Of a DNA stretch of 64,000 nt, positions 30,686 through 42,782 are shown one piece after another; position 1 is the stretch's first letter, and every line of letters begins with the position of its first letter. A program made the position numbers and the translations under genes. This stretch comes from an uncultured delta proteobacterium (GTDB lineage Bacteria; Desulfobacterota; Desulfobacteria; Desulfobacterales; JAFDCJ01): positions 448,001-512,000 of the forward strand of contig CAVYNY010000011.1 of NCBI GenBank assembly GCA_963769935.1, given 5' to 3'. The notes beneath the pieces were generated by a model. That model was not told the DNA's origin, searched no databases, and saw only the letters and a program-made list of their open reading frames with translations.

Positions 30686-31108
30686 TCAAATCACCATCTT
30701 CAACTTGGCCTGACTGGGTCCCAGCGCTTTGATCTGGGCCACCATATCGCGCATGATCTCGGCAAACTGGATGCCGTCGCTGGCCCCGATCCAGGTTAGC
30801 CGGAGCCGCTGCTGATCGAAACCGAATTGCGGCAGAATCTCCTTGAGCAGCTTTATCCGCCGGCGGGCCTTAAAGTTCCCGTTGATATAATGGCAGTCAC
30901 CCGGATGGCAGCCGCTGACCAAAACGCCGTCGGCGCCTTCCAAAAAAGCCTTGATGATATACTGGGGATCCACCATGCCGGTGCACATTACCCGGATTAA
31001 GCGTACATTTTTGGGATAGGCTAATCGCGAGGTTCCGGCCAGATCCGCGGCTGTATAGGTACACCAGTTACAGACAAAGGCGATGATCGTCGGTTCAAAG
31101 TCTTCCAT
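30686..31108 (-). CDS. mvhD: MvhD-like [2Fe-2S] subunit
   Basis: FVCNWCTY, RVMCTG, GCHPGDCHY. Confidence 0.92.
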   Translation of the reverse strand: MEDFEPTIIAFVCNWCTYTAADLAGTSRLAYPKNVRLIRVMCTGMVDPQYIIKAFLEGADGVLVSGCHPGDCHYINGNFKARRRIKLLKEILPQFGFDQQRLRLTWIGASDGIQFAEIMRDMVAQIKALGPSQAKLKMVI

Positions 31109-31167
31109 GCAATCCTCCGCAAAGTTCTATGCTTCTTTAATTCCGCATTGTACATTCCAAATTCTTT

Positions 31168-34100
31168 TCACATTCCCACAGCTGACAACGCGTCTATAAT
31201 CCCTTCAAACTCGGCAAATATCTGTTTTTGGTTAAAATGTCTAACCTGAGCGGCCCCGCTGGGACAAAACCCGGCACAACTGCCGCATCCCTTGCATAGC
31301 GCTTCATTAACTACCGATACAGCACGGCGTTCATCAAACTCAATGGCGCTGTATGGACAAAGTCCGATGCAGGTCTGACAACCGGCACAAATATCCGGAT
31401 CAATCCAGGAAATGGTTGAAGGCACCTCTACTCTGCCGCGAGTGACCAGGGATAGGGCCTTAGCTGCCGCCCCGGAGGCCTGGGCAACCGTATCCGGAAT
31501 ATCCTTGGGCGACTGGCAGGTTCCGGCCAGAAAGACACCGTCGGTGGCCGTATTCAGTGGTCCCAGTTTGGGATGCTCCTCCAGGAAAAACCCGTCGGCC
31601 CCCAAATTGACACCAAAAATTCTGCCGACCTCAACGGCATTCTGACGAGCCTCCATTGCGACGCACAAGATTACCATATCCACCGGCAGGCGCAATTTCA
31701 CGCCTAAAAGCGTATCCTCCGCAATGGCGATAAGTTTACCGGCCTCTTTAGGATCGTTGGCTTGATCCGTAATTTCAGCCACTTTGCCTCTGATAAAGTT
31801 GGTGCCCTCCTCCTGGCAGCGACGATAAAACTCTTCGTAGCCCTTGCCGAAGCAGCGCTGGTCAATATAGAAGTCGTATATTTTTGTATCGTGCCCCACC
31901 TTTTCTTTGATTAGATGCGTGTACTTCAAGGCATACATGCAGCAGACGCGCGAGCAGTATTCGTGATAGTTTACATCCCGGCTGCCGACGCAGTGGAGGA
32001 TGGCGACACTCTCCGGAAGCCGGGTGAATTCACCCTTTTCATCTCGGATAAGGATTTTACCGCCGGTCGGGCCGGTGGCATTACTGAGGCGCTCAAATTC
32101 AAGGCTGGTGAAGACATTGGCATATTTTCCATAGCCATACTGCTTTATCGGGGAGGGATCGAAGGTGTCATAGCCGGTCGCCAGAATAATGCTGCCGACC
32201 TTCACCTCAATTTCCTCGGGCTTCATGGTATGATCGATGGCTTTGGGCTCGCAAACCCTCACACATTCCATACATTCGCTGCAAATTCCGCAGTTTAAGC
32301 ACCGCTGGCTTTCCTTTTGGGCTTCGGCTTCTGAGAAGTTCAAGTCAACTTCCTCGAAAGACCCAATTCTTTCCTGGATGTCCCGATGCTGAGACCTAAC
32401 CCTCGCCTGCGGGGCAATATCTTCCGGGATCTCCTGCCAGCTCCGCCCCGGTGGCGCCTGTGCGGCTACCTCCTCAGCGTAACGCGATAGCTCTTCTTTA
32501 TCGATGAAGCGTTGAATAGCTTCGACGGCTTTATGGCCGGCTGCGACAGCTTCTATAACCGATGCCGGACCGGTAACGGCATCTCCCGCAGCAAACACAT
32601 GGGGGATGCTGGTCTGCATGGTATGGGGACTGACTTGAATTGTATCCCATTTGGTTAGCAGCAAATCCGGTTCTTTCTCCACCCACGATTTATCGATTTG
32701 CTGGCCGATGGCCGGAATAACGACATCACAATCGATGACAAACTCTGAGCCCTTCACCGGCAGAGGCCGTCTTCGCCCGCTGTCATCCGCAGGGCCTAAC
32801 TTGGTTTCGAGGCATTCAAATCCCGTAACTTTGCCTTTCTCGGCAAGTATTCGATTCGGGGCTGTGAGGAATAAAAAATCGATACCTTCCTCTTTTGCAC
32901 CTGCTATTTCTTCGGCATAGGCCGGCATCTCTTTTTCCGACCGACGGTAGACCACCGCGACGGTTCGAGCCCCGAGACGTTTGACCACCCGTGCCGTATC
33001 TATTGCTACGTTACCCCCGCCGATAACCACCACTTTTTTCCCGGGTGACGTTTTTTTACCCAGATTAATCTCCCTTAAAAAACGTACGGCATCGATAGCG
33101 CCGGCGGTATCCTGTTCTCCGGGTATTCTCAAATTAATTGATTTATGAGCCCCAAGCCCAAGAAACACAGCCGAAAAGCCCTCTTCTTTCATATCATGAA
33201 GTGTAAAATCGGTTCCGAACCGAACCCTGGTGCGGGTTTCCACACCCAAGCGCAGAATATGATTGATTTCTTTGTCCAGTATGTTCGGCGGTAGGCGGTA
33301 ATCCGGAATACCCACCCGGAGCATGCCGCCCAATTCAGCGAGGGCCTCAAAAATCGTCACCTGAAAACCTTTCAGCCGCAGATAGTATGCCACTGTCAGA
33401 CCGGCGGGGCCGGAACCGACGACTGCAACCTTCTCCGGCCGATCTTTTATTTCCGGCTCCGGCAGGTCATCCAGGTTCACCTGGTCGGCTGCAAAGCGCT
33501 TCAGATTTCTGATGGCAATCGGCTTATCGACCTCTGCTCTGCGGCAATCGCTTTCACAAGGATGGGGGCAAACCCGCCCCAATACACCCGGCAGGGGGAG
33601 TCGCTCCATAATAAGTTGAATCGCCTCCTGATACTTACCCTGGCCAATGAGCTGTATATATCCCTGGACATTGATACCGGCCGGACAGGTGACAACGCAT
33701 GGCGCACGATCTTTTTTATCGATGCAAAATGTTATCGGAACAGCCTGGGGAAATGATCTATAAATCGCTTTTCTGGCTGCGAGTTTTTCATCCCATTGAC
33801 TCGGAACCGACACCGGGCAAACGTTGACACATTCCCCGCACCCGGTGCAGATCCCTTCTTTCACATAGCGGGGTTTGCGCTGGATTTGAACCGTAAAATT
33901 GCCGATGTATCCCGACACCCCTTTGACTTCGCTGTAAGACAACAATTGGATATTTGAATTCTGGGCGACTTCAACCATCTTGGGAGTGCCGATGCAGGCT
34001 GCACAGTCAAGCGTTGGGAACGTCTTGTCAAATTGCAGCATATGTCCGCCGATGGTGGTGCCCTTTTCCACCAGATAGACTTTATGATCCGAATTGCCGA

Positions 34101-34579
34101 TGTCTAAAGCCGCCTGCATTCCCGCAATACCACCTCCCACCACCAGGGTATCCGGGTGGACGGATACTTGCCGGGTTTGCAATTCATGATGGTGGCTAAC
34201 CCGGTTTATAGCAGCAGATGCCAGGGTTTTGGCTTTGCGTGTGGCATCATCTTCATCAGTCGTCACCCAGGAAACCTGTTCCCGGACCGAGGCCATCTGG
34301 AACATGTACGGATTCGAGTCCGGCTCGCTGGCAGGCTCCCTGAAAGGTCTTTTCGTGAAGCCGCGGCGAGCAGGATGCCACCACCACCCGGTTCAGAGCT
34401 AATTCCTTAATGTCTTTTTCAATCATTTCCTGGCCCGGATCCGAGCACATAAACTTATAATCCCGTGCCACGACCACATTGGGCAGCTGCCGGGCAAAGT
34501 CCGCCACCTCTTGCACCCGGACCTTATAGGCAATGTTGATTCCGCAGTGACAGATATAGAATCCTATTCGAATTGACAT
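31168..34579 (-). CDS. hdrA: Large HdrA with GltD-like NAD(P)H-binding insert (HdrL-type); frameshift near 34320
   Basis: [46 protein letters not shown]. Confidence 0.88.
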
Positions 34580-34609
34580 CTGGTTACCTTCTCCATTCGC
34601 TGAAAAAAA

Positions 34610-35050
34610 TCACCCATCATCACCATCAAAAGGGCAGTCATCGGTTTTCGTCAATGTGCGGACCAACTCGATGAGTTCCTCGGCCTCCAGGGGTTTCTCC
34701 AAAAAGGCGCCCGGATACGGAAAGTCTTTATGCCGGGGGGTTCTCTGAAATTTCTGATAAAAAGAAAAAGTTTTTTTATCGATGGCTGACACCATAATCA
34801 CCGGAACATTCTTGAGGTCTTCATGCTCCTTGAGCTCTCGATACATTTGAATGCCGCTTTCCTTGGGCATTGTTACATCAAGGATGATCAGAGCCGGCTT
34901 CTCTCTGACGGCCATCTGCATCCCTTTGTCTTTATCGCCTGCATCGATGGGTTCGTAACCACAGTTACCCAGCAAATTGCACAGAAAAATCCGCAAATCC
35001 AATTCATCATCAACGATGAGTATTTTTTTTCTTTCAATTCCCGAGTACAA
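34610..35050 (-). CDS. Single-domain response regulator
   Basis: ILIVDDE, ILDVTMP, EKP. Confidence 0.88.
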   Translation of the reverse strand: MYSGIERKKILIVDDELDLRIFLCNLLGNCGYEPIDAGDKDKGMQMAVREKPALIILDVTMPKESGIQMYRELKEHEDLKNVPVIMVSAIDKKTFSFYQKFQRTPRHKDFPYPGAFLEKPLEAEELIELVRTLTKTDDCPFDGDDG

Positions 35051-35128
35051 AGAGCCCTCCGATATGGAATGTTTGCCTTGATTCGAAAAAATTGGCTACT
35101 TTTCATAATCCTTTGATCCAGCTTAAAC

Positions 35129-35144
35129 AGCATAGACTGTGCCA
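35129..35144 (-). promoter_or_regulatory. Sigma54 (-24/-12) promoter of the RR-hdr operon
   Basis: TGGCACAGTCTATGCT; TGCAACA-type palindromes 100-200 bp upstream; adjacent sigma54 activator gene. Confidence 0.75.
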
Positions 35145-35609
35145 TTCATTCAAATTAATCAGTATCTATCTGTAATTATAACAAATATTAAAAAAACCAC
35201 CGCAATCTCGAAGCCCTTATCAAGCTATAATCCATAACGTGTGCAACATATTTTCGCGGAATATGGTAAATTAATCTTTAAAATTTAGACTGTTAAAGAA
35301 CTATCATATGTTGCGCAACATTTATTAAAACATTATTGCAACGTTGCACCTCCATCACGAATCCATCCCATCTTGGCGCCGAAACGTTCGACCCAAAGTT
35401 GAAATAATTCTTTTTTTATGAATGATTTATGGGTTGCAGGATCATTTCGCTTTGAGCGCCAAACCGATTAATTCGGCAACACCATGAAGTGAAATTGGAA
35501 GGATTTTGAGTATTAATCAATTAGATTCAGGGGTTTATAATTCCGTAGCCAATAACAACACCTTCTGTCGTCATTGTTAACAAATAAAGCTGCATCGCCC
35601 AATTGCAAT

Positions 35610-37349
35610 TCATCTCAAAAGGCGGTATTTTTTCATCTTACGCCAAAGCGTGGTTCGATCCATTCCGAGGGCCCGGGCGGCTTTCCGGCGATGCCAGCTG
35701 AATTGTTCAAGCGCCGCAAGAAGCTCAGCGTGTTCTTTGTTCTCTGATGGAAAACCGGACTCGGCAGCATCCGCTGCTTTGCCTTTGCGAACGGCCGGCC
35801 GTACTCGAAGATATTCAGGTAAATGTGTATGCTGGATCGAATTCTCCTGGCAGATAATCAGCGCATGTTCGAGAATATTTTCGAGTTCTCTGACATTGCC
35901 CGGATAGTGATAGTTCAGCAAAATTTCCATCACTTTTTCAGAGACTTCCGGCAGCCGGCTGCCCCGGGCCGCGCTCAGCCGTCTCAAAATATGCCCGATG
36001 AGAATCGGAAGATCCACCCGGCGGTCTCTGAGCTCCGGCAGTTCAATGCGAAAGACGTTCAGGCGATAATACAGATCCTCTCTGAAAAGCCGTTTGGCAA
36101 CGAGGTTCTCCAAATTGCGATTCGAGGCGGAGACAATGCGGACGTTGACTTTCACCGTATGGCGACTTCCCAGGCGATAAAATTCCTTGTCCTCCAGGAC
36201 CCGCAGTAGCTTGGCCTGCAACGCAAGCGGCAGATCGCCGATTTCATCCAAAAAAATGGTGCCGCCATCTGCTTCCTGAAACCGGCCGGTTTTATCTCTT
36301 TCGGCGCCGGTAAACGCACCCTTCACGTAGCCAAACATTTCCGATTCCAGCAGATTATCCGGGATTGCCGCACAGTTGACTTTCACAAACGGCTTGTCGA
36401 TTCTGCGGCTGGCGGAATGGATCACTTTCGCCAACAGGTCTTTCCCCGTTCCGGTCGCCCCCTCAATCAAAATGGTGGCATCCGTGGCGGCCACCACATT
36501 GATCATCTCGAAAATTTTCAACATGGCCGGGCTTCGGCCGATCATATCGTGAAAGGTGTAGCGATCCCGCATGGCCTGCTTGAGTTGCTGCACCAAAGTG
36601 AGATCATGGAAGGTCGTCAACCCGCCGACGATCGTTCCTTTTTCATTGCGCAGCGACATGTAGTTGGCCCGGATGGGAATGGGCACGCCGTCCCGCGTCA
36701 TCATTTTGCCCTCGCGACTGCTGCGGGATTGGCCGTTGACGATGGTATCCTGCATTGAACAGACTTCCCGGGCTTCGGTGCCGCCAAAAATTACCGAACA
36801 CGGTTCGCCTAAAATTTCGCGCCGCTTAAAACCGGAAATCTTTTCGGCCGCCGTGTTGAAAAATGTGATGCGCCCCCCCTTATCGATCGTGAAAATCCCG
36901 ATATCCAAGTTATCCAGGATTATCTTTAAGCTGCGTTCTTCGTAATGAATTCGGTCGATGAGATCGGCAATGGGGGAATGATCCTGCAGGATCGTCATAC
37001 ATCCGACAATGTGGTGATCGGCTCCGAAAACGGAAGAGGCCATCCGTGTTACCAGATGGGTCGTTTGGTCTTCATCCGTAAGCTGGATGGCCGGCTCATC
37101 CGTACTCGCATGCCCGCGGCCTTTGAAGGGGCAATTTGCCAGGCAAGGAACGCCGACAAAGACTTCCCGGCAGTCCCTCCCGATGGTCTCGGCCTCTTTC
37201 AGGCCGACTAAGGCCTGGGCGCTGAAATTCATGGCCGACACTTGTCGATTCACATCAACCGTGAAGGCGCCGATATTTAATTCATCCAGGATGTGCAGCC
37301 ACTGTTCGCACGAAATATTGCGGCCGGGTTGTGCAATGTTAGCTTCCAT
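35610..37349 (-). CDS. PAS-domain sigma54-dependent activator
   Basis: GATGTGK, ESEMFG, GAFTGA, FLDEIG, Fis-type HTH. Confidence 0.95.
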   Translation of the reverse strand: MEANIAQPGRNISCEQWLHILDELNIGAFTVDVNRQVSAMNFSAQALVGLKEAETIGRDCREVFVGVPCLANCPFKGRGHASTDEPAIQLTDEDQTTHLVTRMASSVFGADHHIVGCMTILQDHSPIADLIDRIHYEERSLKIILDNLDIGIFTIDKGGRITFFNTAAEKISGFKRREILGEPCSVIFGGTEAREVCSMQDTIVNGQSRSSREGKMMTRDGVPIPIRANYMSLRNEKGTIVGGLTTFHDLTLVQQLKQAMRDRYTFHDMIGRSPAMLKIFEMINVVAATDATILIEGATGTGKDLLAKVIHSASRRIDKPFVKVNCAAIPDNLLESEMFGYVKGAFTGAERDKTGRFQEADGGTIFLDEIGDLPLALQAKLLRVLEDKEFYRLGSRHTVKVNVRIVSASNRNLENLVAKRLFREDLYYRLNVFRIELPELRDRRVDLPILIGHILRRLSAARGSRLPEVSEKVMEILLNYHYPGNVRELENILEHALIICQENSIQHTHLPEYLRVRPAVRKGKAADAAESGFPSENKEHAELLAALEQFSWHRRKAARALGMDRTTLWRKMKKYRLLR

Positions 37350-37586
37350 GATTTAGGATCGCAACCAGGATCGATAAAACGGTAATAATAAAGATTTCTC
37401 AATTTTTCAAATGCTTCGGCTCGGACCTATTGGAGTGATGGAGTAATGGAGTATTGGAGTGTTGCATAAAAAGAGGTTAATCCTCTGTCCAGTACTCCAA
37501 CACTCCATCACTCCGGTACTCCATCACTCTGATTCCAGGAAATCAAATAAAGTTGGGCGCTTATATCCAACCAGCTACGGGTCGTA

Positions 37587-39173
37587 TTAAGCTGCCAACC
37601 CCGGCAGCTCAATCATAAAGGCCGCCCCCTTGCCGGGTTCGCTTTCGACCGTAATGCGGCCCTTGTGCCGCTCTATGATGCCGTAAACAGTGGAAAGACC
37701 GAGACCCACCCCGTAGCCTTCATTTTTGGTGGTGAAAAACGGCTCGAAGATGCGCGGAAGATCCTGCGGGGAAATTCCGCCACCCGCGTCTTTCACCCTG
37801 ACAATCACCGCACCGCGGTCTTTATCATAGCGGCTGTCTAGTGTGAGCGTTCCGCCGTCCGGCATGGCATCGATCGCGTTAAAGATCAGGTTGATGATGC
37901 ATTGCTGAAGCTGATTGAAATCTCCCACTATCGGCGGTAAATTCGGCGGGAGGCTGGATTCAAGGCGGATATTGCTCAACTCCAATTTATGCCGGCTCAA
38001 AAGGATACAGCGTTCAAGAAGCTCTTCGATTCGGACCCGGCCGAAAGCGGGAGGGGAAACCCGCGAAAAGCCGAGCAGGCTGGAGACGATCTGCGTGCAT
38101 CGATTGGTTTCGTTTTCCACCAGATCCAAATACCGTTGGAACTTTTCCCTGCGATCTTCGGCCAGCGGACCTTTTCGTAAGATTCGATTCATCAGCCGCA
38201 GATAATTTAAAATACCGGACAGCGGATTGTTGATTTCATGGATTACGCTGGCGGCCAGGCGGCCCAGCGACATCATCTTGTCCTGGTGCAGGATAGTCGA
38301 CTGATCGGAAATTTCGCGCTCCAGCTTGCGAATTTCGCGCAGATCCCTAGAAAAGCAAACCAGACCGTTGGTACGACCCTGATCAACCAGCAGCACCGCT
38401 GAAACCTGAACCGGTATTTCATGTCCGGATTTCCCCCGCAGACGCGTTTCATAAAGAACCAAGCGGTCTTCGCCGCCGTACATTTCATGGGACAATTCTT
38501 TTTGGAAGCGCTCATATTCACCGGGTGCAAAAAATTGCTCTAGGGTCATGGCATGCAGCGCCTCTGCTTTGGCATAACCGAGCATCTTTTCCATGCTCCG
38601 GTTGAAGGTTACAATGCTGCGGTTTTCATCGCAGGCCAGAATGCCATCCATCGAGCTTTCGATAAGGTTGCGTTGAAAGGCAATGTTACTGATAAGCTGC
38701 TGGCTGGTTTCAGCCTTCTCCTTTTCCAGCAGCGCGGTGTAGTCCTGAAGTTGTTTTCTGGAGGTAAATCGATCTTGGGCCCGCTTGAGGGCAAGATGGA
38801 GGGCCTCGTCACTGATCGGTTTGGTAATAAAGTCGGAGGCATCGAGCTGCAGGGCCCGGATGGCAAGGTCCATTTCGCCAAAGGCGGTGGCGACGACCAC
38901 CTCAATATCCGGGTCAATCTGTTTGACGGCGGCCAATACCTGAAGTCCGTCCAGGCCCGGCATGCGGATATCGGTAATTACAATTTGCGGTGCAAATTCC
39001 CGGCAGAGTTGAATCCCCGCGCCGCCGTCGGGTGCAGTCTTTACCTTGAAGCCGGCATCCTGCAAAGACACCGACAGTACCTCCCGGATATCCTCTTCAT
39101 CATCGATTAAGACAATTTTCCATGCGGAAAACGCTGCCATAATTCGACCCAATTTGGTAATCCCGGCAATCAA
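37587..39173 (-). CDS. REC-PAS-histidine kinase hybrid
   Basis: IDDEED, TDIRMP, HEINNPL, GVGLGL; start may be ATG 39140. Confidence 0.9.
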   Translation of the reverse strand: MIAGITKLGRIMAAFSAWKIVLIDDEEDIREVLSVSLQDAGFKVKTAPDGGAGIQLCREFAPQIVITDIRMPGLDGLQVLAAVKQIDPDIEVVVATAFGEMDLAIRALQLDASDFITKPISDEALHLALKRAQDRFTSRKQLQDYTALLEKEKAETSQQLISNIAFQRNLIESSMDGILACDENRSIVTFNRSMEKMLGYAKAEALHAMTLEQFFAPGEYERFQKELSHEMYGGEDRLVLYETRLRGKSGHEIPVQVSAVLLVDQGRTNGLVCFSRDLREIRKLEREISDQSTILHQDKMMSLGRLAASVIHEINNPLSGILNYLRLMNRILRKGPLAEDRREKFQRYLDLVENETNRCTQIVSSLLGFSRVSPPAFGRVRIEELLERCILLSRHKLELSNIRLESSLPPNLPPIVGDFNQLQQCIINLIFNAIDAMPDGGTLTLDSRYDKDRGAVIVRVKDAGGGISPQDLPRIFEPFFTTKNEGYGVGLGLSTVYGIIERHKGRITVESEPGKGAAFMIELPGLAA

Positions 39174-39377
39174 GTTTAGAATCCCGACCCGTCTTCCGGC
39201 CTATCGGGAAGACCAGGTTTTCAAATTTGCAAACACCTTGGACTCTTTATACTAAGAATCGGCAATCCGCGCAAATGATTTATATTTGCATTTTTTTGAT
39301 TTCTGTTGTACGAGATATAGAACATCTCACGGCCGCAATCCAAGCTGCCAAATAAGATCAGATGGAAAGACAAGCCC

Positions 39378-40851
39378 ATGAAAGTTTTACTACTGTACCC
39401 CTCCTTTCCCGACACATTCTGGAGCTTCCGCCACTCCCTCAAATTTATCCACAAAAAATCCGCGTTTCCGCCGCTGGGACTGCTGACGGTCGGTGCGATG
39501 CTCCCGCCGGAATGGTCCAAACGACTGGTTGATTTAAACGTAACCAAACTCACCGACGAGGATCTGGCCTGGGCGGATTGCGCGTTTATCGGCGCCATGG
39601 TTGTCCAGCGAAAATCGGCGCAGCAAACCATCGCCCGCTGCAAGCAGGCCGGGCTCAGGGTAGTGGCGGGCGGTCCGCTTTTCACCAGCGAATACGAGCG
39701 GTTCGATGAAGTCGATCATTTTGTGCTCAACGAAGCCGAGCTGACCCTGCCCGGATTTGTGCAGGACTTTAATCGCGGCTGCGCCAAGCGCATCTATACG
39801 ACCCGCGAATTTGCCGATATCCAGAAAACCCCCATCCCCTATGTGGGAACTGATCAATCTGAAGCGGCTACGCGTCGATGAGCATTCAGTTTTCCCGCGG
39901 CTGCCCGTTTAACTGCGATTTTTGCAACGTCACGGCGCTTTTCGGACACCGGCCGCGCATTAAGACCTCCGACCAGATTATTGCCGAACTGGACAGTTTG
40001 TATCATGCTCGGATGGCGCGGGCAGGTTTTTTTTGTCGACGACAATTTTATCGGCAACAAAAAATATCTCATGACCGAACTGCTGCCGTCGTTGATCGAA
40101 TGGCAGAAGGGCAAAAAAGGCTTCTTGTTCAATACGGAGGCTTCCATCAACCTGGCCGACAACGAGGATCTGATGCGCATGATGGTGGAAGCCGGATTTG
40201 ATACCGTCTTTGTCGGCATCGAAACACCCGATGAAGATAGTCTGGCGGAGTGCAACAAAAAACAAAATAAAGGCCGCGACCTGATCGAAAGCGTCAAAAG
40301 CATCCAACGCACCGGGCTGCAGGTGCAGGGAGGATTCATCGTCGGCTTCGACTCCGACGGCCCGTCAATATTTCAAAGACAAATCGACTTTATTCAAAAC
40401 AGCGGCATCGTCACCGCCATGGTGGGACTGCTGCAGGCACCGCCCGGCACCAAACTCTATGAACGCTTGAAAAAAGAAGGGCGGCTCAGCGGCCTGCTCT
40501 CCGGCGACAATGTCGACGGTACCACCAACATCATACCGAAGATGGACATGCGCCAGTTATTGAACGGGTATGAAAAGATTTTAAACAGCATCTACCGCCC
40601 CCGGCCCTATTATAAGCGGATCAAGACCTTTTTGCGGGAATATAAGGCGCCCAAGAATTTCCATTAAACTGGACTTCCAGCGTTTTCTGGCCTTTTTCCG
40701 CACCTCGATCAGGATCGGAATTTTCGGCAGGGAACGCTTCCAGTATTGGAACCTGCTGGCATGGACCCTTTGCCGCTGTCCGAAACTTTTGCCGTTGGCA
40801 ATCACCCTGGCAATCCACGGCCACCATTTCCGCAAAGTGTGCAAACTATAA
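39378..40851 (+). CDS. B12-binding radical SAM protein (DUF4070-type), several frameshifts
   Basis: [35 protein letters not shown]. Confidence 0.85.
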
Positions 40852-40947
40852 TTAATCCGCCCGGCAAACCGTCATATGCAGATTTAAACCTGGGTCCTAA
40901 GAAACAGAATAAACTTATTTGATCGAAGCGCAGGCGGATTAATTATC

Positions 40948-42735
40948 TTAGTAGCTAAGGATATCTTCTTTAATGATCGCAAAATTGACGTCATCGGGGT
41001 GGTTGTTGTAAAGCGTTATGTGCTTTTGGATGACACCCAATTGATTTTCCAAGCCTAATTTGAAATTTCCCGCCAGGCCCGGACTTTTAAAAATATGATC
41101 AAACTCGCGCGCAATGGTATCTTGAGGAAAATCATGACTTTTCGCAATACTGTCCAGGTAAGCGTGCACAAAATAATCAACGGTCGCGTTGCAGGAGCGG
41201 ATTTGTTCCGCCTGCTCGGCTAAATTCACTTTTAACGAGTCCATCTCCGTTTCCGGCAGGGGCTGTGTTTTCAGCAACTTGAGCTCATCAAACTCTTTTT
41301 GCAGCTGTTGACATCGCGTGTAAAATTTATGGATCGACTCTACCGCGAACAGCGCTTTCCAGATGACGGCCTCAAAGGTTTCCGCTTTCTGTTCAGCAAT
41401 CTGAGTATTTTCTTTTTGCAGATGCTCTTTAATTAAAAATAGATTCTTCTGCTCGACGTCATCCTTGGCCGAAAGGATCAACCGCTCGATTTCGCTCAGC
41501 AGGTCCCGGCCGGGATCTATTGCCAGAGGGGAATTCGCCTGACTGGCCGGTCCGGCAATTTCGGCCCACTGCTGCTTGAGCGCCTCGTTTCTCCCATGCG
41601 GATTGACGATGCCCGATAGTACGACCCGGAAGCCCAAATCCGTGCTGCGAAACGCGCCGTCTTTGAGAAAATAAGGCATTTCTTCGCGACGTCCCGGCAT
41701 GATTTCGGAAAGATCCTTGCGGTAACTGCCGCCTTTAACGACGAAACCGCCCGCAGCACCCTGCAAGTGGAAGTCGATGGAGAAGCGAAAGGGGTCCAGC
41801 AGCATCTCGGCGGCATTGCCGGCAGTGTCGAATAGTCCCAACGGATTGGCGCACCGGCTTCCGATCCAGGCCAGCTTTTCCGTTGGTTTGGCTGCATCCG
41901 CGCCGGTGTATACGGCATAATCGGAATAGGTGCGATTTTTCAAAGGAAAAAAATCTTCCTGATTTATTTCGGATTCGGTTACCTGATGCCCACCCCGGGC
42001 AGCATATTCCCATTCCGTTTCGGTAGGCAACCGGATATAGCCGGTGCGCCCGGCACCGAGGCTGGGCAGCGCATCCGGCCTGTTTTTGAGCAGCCACTCG
42101 GTGTAGCGTCGGGTGAACTCAACGGCCTCGAACCATGAAATGTCCGTTATCGGCCGGGGGTCGTCGGATGTAAACCGCACGTCCCATCCCGGGCATTCGG
42201 TATTCATGATGGCCTTCCACTGAAATGTCGCGACCTCATATTTACCGATAAAGTAATAATATGCCCCGGAACTTTGTTCATCCGGACCGGGACAACGGCC
42301 GTCGCCTTGACGGGCGAGACCACGCAATTTGACCTGCCAGGGTTCGGGTAAATCCTCTAAAGTAAATGCGCCGGCGATGGTTTCCAGGTGTTTGCCTTCC
42401 ATGAAACCCTGATCCGGCCGTCCGCAATTTACACAACCAAGACTGAGCTGCTCATCACTCAAATAGTTTCTGGCGGGAACACATACATGCCGCAGAATCA
42501 TTTTCCCGCCGCAGGGCATGGGCAGTTCAAAATCGCTGTCGGAAGGCGTCGGATTCACCATGTCTCTTATAATGGGCGTCAGGGAAAGACGCTTGGTCTC
42601 CGGCGCCGGACATTCCTGGGCCAATGCAGTTGGGGCTGACCCCAGCGGCGCCAAACCGGCGATCAGCACCGCTGCCAGAAATAACAACTGCTTGAGCACC
42701 CTGGTTCCGGGCAGGCGCGGCAGTTCAGCCGGCAT
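40948..42735 (-). CDS. Exported FGE-sulfatase-domain protein (TagR-like)
   Basis: Signal peptide; LPMPCGG, RLPTETEWEYAARGG, NPLGLFDTAGN, GFRV. Confidence 0.85.
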   Translation of the reverse strand: MPAELPRLPGTRVLKQLLFLAAVLIAGLAPLGSAPTALAQECPAPETKRLSLTPIIRDMVNPTPSDSDFELPMPCGGKMILRHVCVPARNYLSDEQLSLGCVNCGRPDQGFMEGKHLETIAGAFTLEDLPEPWQVKLRGLARQGDGRCPGPDEQSSGAYYYFIGKYEVATFQWKAIMNTECPGWDVRFTSDDPRPITDISWFEAVEFTRRYTEWLLKNRPDALPSLGAGRTGYIRLPTETEWEYAARGGHQVTESEINQEDFFPLKNRTYSDYAVYTGADAAKPTEKLAWIGSRCANPLGLFDTAGNAAEMLLDPFRFSIDFHLQGAAGGFVVKGGSYRKDLSEIMPGRREEMPYFLKDGAFRSTDLGFRVVLSGIVNPHGRNEALKQQWAEIAGPASQANSPLAIDPGRDLLSEIERLILSAKDDVEQKNLFLIKEHLQKENTQIAEQKAETFEAVIWKALFAVESIHKFYTRCQQLQKEFDELKLLKTQPLPETEMDSLKVNLAEQAEQIRSCNATVDYFVHAYLDSIAKSHDFPQDTIAREFDHIFKSPGLAGNFKLGLENQLGVIQKHITLYNNHPDDVNFAIIKEDILSY

Positions 42736-42782
42736 GAAAATCTTGAAGGTCGAATCGCTGCGAAACTTGAATTTTACTGGGC

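Noticed and set aside
30686..34579. Selenocysteine recoding in MvhD/HdrA
   Set aside because: The relevant positions are Cys codons, and the breaks are frameshifts rather than in-frame TGA
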